Origin: Acidimicrobiales bacterium | GTDB taxonomy: Bacteria; Actinomycetota; Acidimicrobiia; Acidimicrobiales; GCA-2861595 | DNA: 64,000 nt | Direction of reading: 5' to 3' | Assembly (NCBI GenBank): GCA_035540975.1 | Contig: DATLFN010000146.1 | Coordinates: forward strand, 14,010-78,009 | Shown here: piece by piece, positions 63,071 to 64,000 of the stretch | How the letters are laid out: each line of letters begins with the position of its first letter | Numbering within the stretch: position 1 is the stretch's first letter | Position numbers and translations under genes: made by a program | Notes under the pieces: model-generated | The model's database searches: none | Seen by the model: only the letters and a program-made list of their open reading frames with translations | What the model was told of the DNA's origin: nothing

Positions 63071-64000
63071 TCAGGTCGGGGGTAGGAGGACGTTGGGGTT
63101 GAGGATGCCGTCGGGGTCGAAGGCGTTCTTCACGGCGCGGAAGGCGGCGATCTCGGCGGCGCTGCGGCCGAGGGAGAGCCACGCCCGCTTGGCGGTGCCG
63201 ATCCCGTGCTCGGCGCTGATGCTGCCGCCGAGGCGGGCGACGTGGCGGAGCACGGCGTCGTCCACGGCCGGGTCGTCGGGGGCCACCCCCGTGACGTTGA
63301 CGTGGACGTTCCCGTCGCAGACGTGGCCGAACAGCCACGTCCGTGCCGCCGGTTCCACGGAGGCGACGACGGAGGGAACGTCCTCCAGGAAGCCGGCCAG
63401 GGCACCCGCCGGCACGGTGACATCCAGCTTGTGGGGGGCGCCGAGGGTGGCGATCACCTCGGTGTGCGCCTCCCGGTAGCGCCACAGCTCGCCCGACCGG
63501 ACCGAGCCGACGGCCACCGCCACGTCGGCCACCCCGTCCACGGACTCCACGGCGGCGCCCAGCTCGTCGAGCGGGCTGGTGACGCCGGCCGCCTCCACCA
63601 GGAGGTAGGCCCGGTGGGCGGACGGGAACGGCCGGGCCTGGCCGGTGACGGCGCACACCAGGGCCAGGCCGTCGTCGAGGAACAGCTCCGCCGCGTCGAG
63701 CGAGGGCACGGCCCGGCGTAGGGCCGCTGCGGCGGTCACCGCCGCGTCGAGGCCGTCGAAGGCCAGGAGGGCGGTGACCCGCTCGTCGGTGCGGGGCACC
63801 AGGCGCAGGCGGGCGGCGGTGACCACCGCCAGCGTGCCCTCGCTGCCGCACAGGAGCGACGGCAGGTGGTAGCCGGTGTTGTCCTTCACCAGGCCGCCCA
63901 GGTGCGACACGACCGAGCCGTCGCCGAGGACCGCCTCGAGCCCTAGGAGCTGCGCCCGGGTGTCGCCGTGGCGCAGGACGCGCGTCCCCCCGGCGTTGGT
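63071..64000 (-). CDS. FAD-linked oxidase (GlcD / D-2-hydroxyacid dehydrogenase family), N-terminus beyond window
   Basis: The reading frame continues to nt 64000. KDNTGY, GSEGTLAVVT, HVCDGNVHVN, SAEHGIG, and DPDGILNP are vanillyl-alcohol-oxidase/GlcD blocks. Confidence 0.85.
   Translation of the reverse strand, partial: TNAGGTRVLRHGDTRAQLLGLEAVLGDGSVVSHLGGLVKDNTGYHLPSLLCGSEGTLAVVTAARLRLVPRTDERVTALLAFDGLDAAVTAAAALRRAVPSLDAAELFLDDGLALVCAVTGQARPFPSAHRAYLLVEAAGVTSPLDELGAAVESVDGVADVAVAVGSVRSGELWRYREAHTEVIATLGAPHKLDVTVPAGALAGFLEDVPSVVASVEPAARTWLFGHVCDGNVHVNVTGVAPDDPAVDDAVLRHVARLGGSISAEHGIGTAKRAWLSLGRSAAEIAAFRAVKNAFDPDGILNPNVLLPPT

Overview
Very GC-rich, actinobacterium-like chromosomal window (GC not computed), densely coding on both strands. 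I can support about 60 genes. Most long antisense ORFs in the track are GC-shadow ORFs.

Layout, left to right:
- 1-8.3 kb: a two-component system, small accessory genes, a PhoX-like phosphatase, and an arsR / aquaglyceroporin / arsC operon.
- 8.5-20.4 kb: an accessory block. It holds a leaderless protein-glutaminase homologue followed by a free-standing copy of its own N-terminal domain. It also holds a minus-strand operon of leaderless proteases (a subtilase-vWA giant and a metzincin) with a HEAT protein and a 31-aa-repeat solenoid protein, plus a secreted protein and an Arch-type ATPase.
- 20.4-26.4 kb: housekeeping genes (ECF sigma/YCII, dtd, epimerase, K channel, methyltransferase).
- 26.5-27.1 kb: a PRX_like2 thioredoxin-fold gene interrupted by an in-frame TGA exactly at the redox Cys, with a downstream hairpin. 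This is a candidate selenoprotein.
- 27.85-54.8 kb: tRNA-Met followed by a ~26.9 kb integrated island, delimited by a 44-bp direct repeat of the tRNA 3' half. The island carries a decayed integration module and a ~23 kb glycan biosynthesis cluster.
- 54.8-64 kb: core genes, including a lysine -> aminoadipate -> 2-oxoadipate -> 2-hydroxyglutarate catabolic cluster.

No rRNA, CRISPR array or intact transposase was seen.

Limits: every call rests on reading translated ORFs, motifs and repeats by eye. No database search or folding program was available. Start codons are often uncertain by tens of nt.
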